A DNA stretch of 62,173 nucleotides, from positions 73,531 through 135,703 of the forward strand of contig JAIEPK010000143.1 in assembly GCA_019749875.1 (NCBI GenBank). Reading direction: 5' to 3'. Below, in pieces: positions 57,573-62,173 of the stretch. How positions within the stretch are numbered: position 1 is the first letter of the stretch; each line of letters opens with the position of its first letter. This DNA comes from Candidatus Binatia bacterium (lineage in GTDB: Bacteria > Desulfobacterota > Binatia > UBA12015). The notes below the pieces were generated by a model. That model did no database searches. It saw only the letters and a list, made by a program, of their open reading frames with translations, and had not been told where the DNA came from. The position numbers and the translations under genes were made by a program.

Positions 57573-58810
57573 GCGCGCCGCAGCACCAGCGAGCAGTTGT
57601 TGCCGCCGAACCCGTACGAGTTCGACAGCGCCGTCGCGATGGCGAGCGGGCGGCCACGATTCGGCACGTAGTCGAGGTCGCAGGCAGGATCGGGCTCGCG
57701 CAGGTGCAGCGTCGGTGGCGCCCAGCGGTCGTCGATGGCGATGATCGTCGCGATCGCCTCGACGGCCCCCGCGGCTCCGAGCAGATGCCCGATCAGCGCC
57801 TTGGTCGACGACACCGCCACGCGCGGCGCCGCTTCACCCAGCACGCGCTTCAAGGCCAAAGTTTCGCTGGCGTCGTTCTGCACGGTGCCGGTGCCGTGCG
57901 CATTGACGTAGTCGATCTCGCCGGGACGGACGCCGGCGTCGCGCAGCGCGCTCTCGAGCGCGAGCACCGCGCCGCGTGCCTCACCGTGCGGAGCGGTGGG
58001 ATGCGATGCGTCGCACGACATCCCTGCGCCCGCGAGCTCGGCGAGGGCGACGGCCCCGCGGGCGCGAGCGTGCTGCTCCGACTCGAGAACGAGGATGCCG
58101 GCGCCCTCGCCGAGCGACAGTCCGCGGCGCTCGCGGTCGAACGGGCGGCACGGCTCGCTGCTCAACGCCTGCAGCGCGTGGAATCCCGTGTAGGTCATCC
58201 GCGTCAACGCGTCCGAGCCGCCCGCGACGGCGACGTCGACCGCGCCGGATCGGATCCACGCCGCCGCCAGCGCGAGCGCGATCGCGCCGCTCGAGCAGGC
58301 GGTCGACGGCGACAACCGCGGACCCCGGGCACCGAGCACCGCTGCGACGAGATCCGTCGGAGCGGCCACGGTCGCGGCCGCGAGCCGCCTACGCCACACG
58401 TGCGACGTCTGCGCAGCGAGGCGCGTGCGAAAGTACGACTCTGTCTCGAGCATGCCGCCGGTCGAGCTGCCGATCGCCACACCCAGTCGACGGGGGTCGG
58501 CGAACGGCACGCTGAGCCCGGCGTGGGCGAGCGCCTCCTCCGCTGCGAGGAGCGCGAACCGATCCGAGCGCGACGCCCGAACGCGCGCAGCGCGCGGCAG
58601 CAGTCGCGGCTCCGGGACGTCACTCACCTCGCCCGCGATGTGCACCCGCAGCCCGTCGGTGTCGAACAGCGTGACGTCGCGGATGCAGGTTCGCTCGCCG
58701 TGCAGGGCCGCCCGCAAGGCCGCTGCATCGCCACCTGCTGCAGTGATCGCTCCGACGCCGGTCACCACGACGCGCGTCCGGGGCTCTTGGGGCCGCTCGC
58801 GATGCTCCAT
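57569..58810 (-). CDS. Beta-ketoacyl-ACP synthase (KS-alpha/FabF-like)
   Basis: TACSSG, YVNAHGTGT, KALIGHLLGAAG (C-H-H triad), SNSYGFGG. Confidence 0.95.
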   Translation of the reverse strand: MEHRERPQEPRTRVVVTGVGAITAAGGDAAALRAALHGERTCIRDVTLFDTDGLRVHIAGEVSDVPEPRLLPRAARVRASRSDRFALLAAEEALAHAGLSVPFADPRRLGVAIGSSTGGMLETESYFRTRLAAQTSHVWRRRLAAATVAAPTDLVAAVLGARGPRLSPSTACSSGAIALALAAAWIRSGAVDVAVAGGSDALTRMTYTGFHALQALSSEPCRPFDRERRGLSLGEGAGILVLESEQHARARGAVALAELAGAGMSCDASHPTAPHGEARGAVLALESALRDAGVRPGEIDYVNAHGTGTVQNDASETLALKRVLGEAAPRVAVSSTKALIGHLLGAAGAVEAIATIIAIDDRWAPPTLHLREPDPACDLDYVPNRGRPLAIATALSNSYGFGGNNCSLVLRRA

Positions 58811-58813
58811 GGC

Positions 58814-59554
<741 letters not shown>

Positions 59555-59590
59555 TCCGCTCCCGCGTTGAATAGTGGAACATGGAGTCCC

Positions 59591-61036
59591 GTGCCGCAAC
59601 CACCCGCCCGCCGCCGATCCTCTCCCGCAAGCGCCCTCGCGGCCGCCTTTGGCGAGGTGCGTCGCGCGGCCCCCGACGCGCTTGCCGTACTTGACACCGA
59701 CCGGGCGCTGCGGCTCACCCGGGACGACGTCGCGCGTGCGGCCGATGCGGCCGGGTGCCTGCTCGACGGGTTTCCGGCGGGTGCGATCCTCGCGCTCCAG
59801 ATGCCGAACGGTCCGGACTTCTTCGCGGCCGTGCTCGCTTGCTGGCAGCGCGAGCTGGTGCCGCTACTGGTCGATCAGGACGTCGCCACGGCGGCGCTGG
59901 ACGAGATCTGCCGCGGCACGGGCGCCGCGGCCGTTCTCCACGCCGACGCCGCGGACCGGCTGCTGGTGCGTGCGGCGGCGCGCGCGGACAGCGGCACCGT
60001 GGCGATGCCGGCCGGGGTGGCGCTGCTCAAGGTCACGTCGGGCAGCACCGGGGAGCCTCGAGCGGTGGTTCTGGAGGCGGACGCCCTGCTCGCGGGTGTC
60101 GGGCAGATCGTCTCCACGATGGGACTCGAGCCCACCGACCGGAACCTGGTGACCATTCCGCTCGCGCACTCGTACGCTTTCGACAACGTCGTCCTGACGC
60201 TGGTGCGCGACGGCATGGCGGCCGTGCTGGCACGCGATCTGACGCCGCGGCGATTGCTCGCGATCGCGCACGACGCGGGAGCCTCCGTCCTGCCGACGGT
60301 CCCCTTCCTGATCGACGTTCTCGCTCGTGCGCGGCCGTCTGGAGCGCTTCCCGCTCTGCGACGCGTGATCTCGGCCGGGGCGCCGCTGCCGGCGAGCGCG
60401 CGCGAGCGCTTCGCGGTGGCGTTCGGGGTGCGTCCGCGGACGTTCTATGGCGCGACCGAATGCGGCGGCATCGCCTTCGATCGGGCCGGTGACGGCGATC
60501 TGCCGGACGGCTGCGTCGGCGCACCGCTCGACGGCGTCCGCGTGCTGGTCGACGAGCCCGACGAGGACGGCATCGGCCGAATCCGCGTGTCGAGCGCCTC
60601 GGTGGCACGGGGCTATCTCCCCGAAACGACCGGTGCCTCCGGGGACGATCCCATCCGGCGCGGTGCGTTTCGCACGGCGGACCTCGGCCGTGTCGACAGC
60701 CGTGGCAGGCTCCACCTGGTCGGGCGCATCCACGACGTCGTGAACGTGGGCGGTCGAAAGGTCTATCCGGCCGAGGTGGAGCGCGTGATCCGTGCCGTGC
60801 CGGGCGTCAACGACGTGGTGGTGACGGGGGTCGCCCGCTCGGCCGTCGCCGACGCCCTCCGCGCGGTGGTCGCGGCCGAGCCGCACGTGACGCGGGACGA
60901 CGTCGCCGCAGCCTGTGAGCAGCGTCTCGCACGCTACAAGGTCCCGCGCTCGATCGAGCTGGTCCCCGAGCTGCCCCGCACCGGACGGGGCAAGATCGAC
61001 CGCCGCGCATTGGACGCCCGCTACCCGAACGACTAA
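59591..61036 (+). CDS. AMP-dependent acyl-ACP/CoA ligase
   Basis: TSGSTGEPR, YGATECG, TADLG, PRTGRGKID; GGAG before GTG. Confidence 0.9.
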   Translation: MPQPPARRRSSPASALAAAFGEVRRAAPDALAVLDTDRALRLTRDDVARAADAAGCLLDGFPAGAILALQMPNGPDFFAAVLACWQRELVPLLVDQDVATAALDEICRGTGAAAVLHADAADRLLVRAAARADSGTVAMPAGVALLKVTSGSTGEPRAVVLEADALLAGVGQIVSTMGLEPTDRNLVTIPLAHSYAFDNVVLTLVRDGMAAVLARDLTPRRLLAIAHDAGASVLPTVPFLIDVLARARPSGALPALRRVISAGAPLPASARERFAVAFGVRPRTFYGATECGGIAFDRAGDGDLPDGCVGAPLDGVRVLVDEPDEDGIGRIRVSSASVARGYLPETTGASGDDPIRRGAFRTADLGRVDSRGRLHLVGRIHDVVNVGGRKVYPAEVERVIRAVPGVNDVVVTGVARSAVADALRAVVAAEPHVTRDDVAAACEQRLARYKVPRSIELVPELPRTGRGKIDRRALDARYPND

Positions 61037-61073
61037 AGCATCCCGTCCCGGTTCGCGTGCCGGCCCAGCAGTC

Positions 61074-61346
61074 ATGACCAGAACGGAGATCGCCACCCGC
61101 GCCAAGGACCTCCTGATCAGCGGCCTGCGCCTCGAGATCTCGCCCGAGGACATCGTCGATGCCGACCCGATCTTCGGCGCCGGGCTCGGTCTCGACTCGA
61201 TCGACGCGCTCGAGTTCGTGGTGTTGATCGAGGAGAACTTCGGGGTCTCGATCCCCGACGAGAACGTGGCCAAGCAAGCGCTGGCGTCCATCGACGCGCT
61301 CGCCGACTTCGTCGAGTCCGAGCGCCGCCGTCAGAATCCGTCCTGA
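61074..61346 (+). CDS. Acyl carrier protein
   Basis: GLGLDSIDALE phosphopantetheine site; acidic, 90 aa. Confidence 0.93.
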   Translation: MTRTEIATRAKDLLISGLRLEISPEDIVDADPIFGAGLGLDSIDALEFVVLIEENFGVSIPDENVAKQALASIDALADFVESERRRQNPS

Positions 61347-61397
61347 GCGGCGCCGCCTCGTCTTGCGGTGCGGGCCGCCCCGGCGAAGGATGAGCTG

Positions 61398-62114
61398 ATG
61401 TCCTGCGCGAGGATGGTGCGCTCGGCGGCCCGGCCGAGCCGTCGGGCCCGGACGACCACGCTGCGGCTCTGCGGCGCCGTTGCGCTCGGTCTGGCGCTCG
61501 GCTGGACGGCCGTCGGCCGGGAGTCTGCAGCGCGCGCCGCCACGGATGCCGCCACGCCGGCCGCTGCCGGCTGTGGCAGCCCGCAGCAGTGCTTCTCGCG
61601 GATGGCCGACGCGCAGCGCGACGTGTCCCGGATTCGCGCGCAGTTCCGGCAGACGAAGCAGGTTGCGCTGCTTGCCGAGCCGCTGGTCTCGACTGGCCGC
61701 TTCTCCTTCGAGCGCCCCGACCGGGTGCGCTGGGAGATGCTGACGCCGGAGCCGCTGGTGGTGGAGATCGCCGGCGGAGCGCTGCGCGCCGGGCCGCCGG
61801 GTGCGGTCACCGACGTCGATGCCGGGCCGGCGGTGGGCTTGTTCCGCGACCTCGGTGGCTTGTTCTCCGGTGCTGCGGACTACGCAGGCGAGCAGCGCTT
61901 CGCGCTGTCGTCGGGCGGCTCGCCGTGGAGCTTCGTCTTGACACCACGCGACCCGTCGGTCGCACGCGTCATCGGCGCGATCGACGTCACCCTCGACCCC
62001 GCGACCGGTGGACCGCGCCGCGTCGCGATCAGCGAGCGCAGCGGCGACCGCACCGAGATCGAGCTGTTCGACGTGCAGGTCGAGCGCGCCGCCGCGCACG
62101 GCGGGGGCGCGTGA
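61398..62114 (+). CDS. LolA-like outer membrane lipoprotein carrier-family protein
   Basis: A.FRQTK...L..PL.STG.F.F.RP..VRW; signal-like hydrophobic segment; start uncertain (61368/61398). Confidence 0.8.
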   Translation: MSCARMVRSAARPSRRARTTTLRLCGAVALGLALGWTAVGRESAARAATDAATPAAAGCGSPQQCFSRMADAQRDVSRIRAQFRQTKQVALLAEPLVSTGRFSFERPDRVRWEMLTPEPLVVEIAGGALRAGPPGAVTDVDAGPAVGLFRDLGGLFSGAADYAGEQRFALSSGGSPWSFVLTPRDPSVARVIGAIDVTLDPATGGPRRVAISERSGDRTEIELFDVQVERAAAHGGGA

Positions 62115-62173
62115 GCGTCGTCGCTCGGCGCGGCACGGCTGCGCTCGGGCTGTGGCTCGTCGCAGGCTGCGCG
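62111..62173 (+). CDS. Partial lipoprotein gene running off the window end
   Basis: GTGA overlap; MSVVARRGTAALGLWLVAGCA with lipobox VAGC. Confidence 0.55.
   Translation, partial: MSVVARRGTAALGLWLVAGCA

Overview
High-GC bacterial chromosomal window with about 61 densely packed CDS. Gene style (alanine-zipper secreted protein, orphan small-protein families, F420-dependent LLM enzyme, Omp85 protein, many sigma54-type promoters) suggests a diderm deltaproteobacteria-like lineage such as Ca. Binatia; this taxonomy is inference only. No rRNA, tRNA, CRISPR array, transposase or phage gene was recognised. Housekeeping genes: riboflavin synthase, clpB, uvrD/pcrA, rlmE, mutS2, moaE/moaD/moaB, miaB, hslR, gluconokinase. 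Accessory blocks: (i) a sigma54-driven orphan gene divergent from a stand-alone degenerate Hint/intein-fold gene (1.7-2.8 kb); (ii) secreted proteins plus a pseudo-M1-peptidase/Omp85 barrel fusion (26-32 kb); (iii) a B12 radical SAM/two acyltransferases/GT2 operon (32-36.5 kb); (iv) a MacAB-like ABC exporter; (v) an F420/response-regulator/glucosidase block; (vi) the edge of an aryl-polyene/ladderane-like KS-CLF-KR-ligase-ACP-LolA cluster that runs off the right end. Strongest novelty candidates: the M1-Omp85 fusion with its neighbouring secreted proteins, the catalytically stripped Hint protein, the KS/CLF cluster possibly coupled to the radical SAM operon, and a set of sigma54 promoters, one revealing a hidden small gene and one a terminator-containing leader. 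All functional calls come from motifs read by eye; no database search was run. Several start codons were re-chosen relative to the ORF track.
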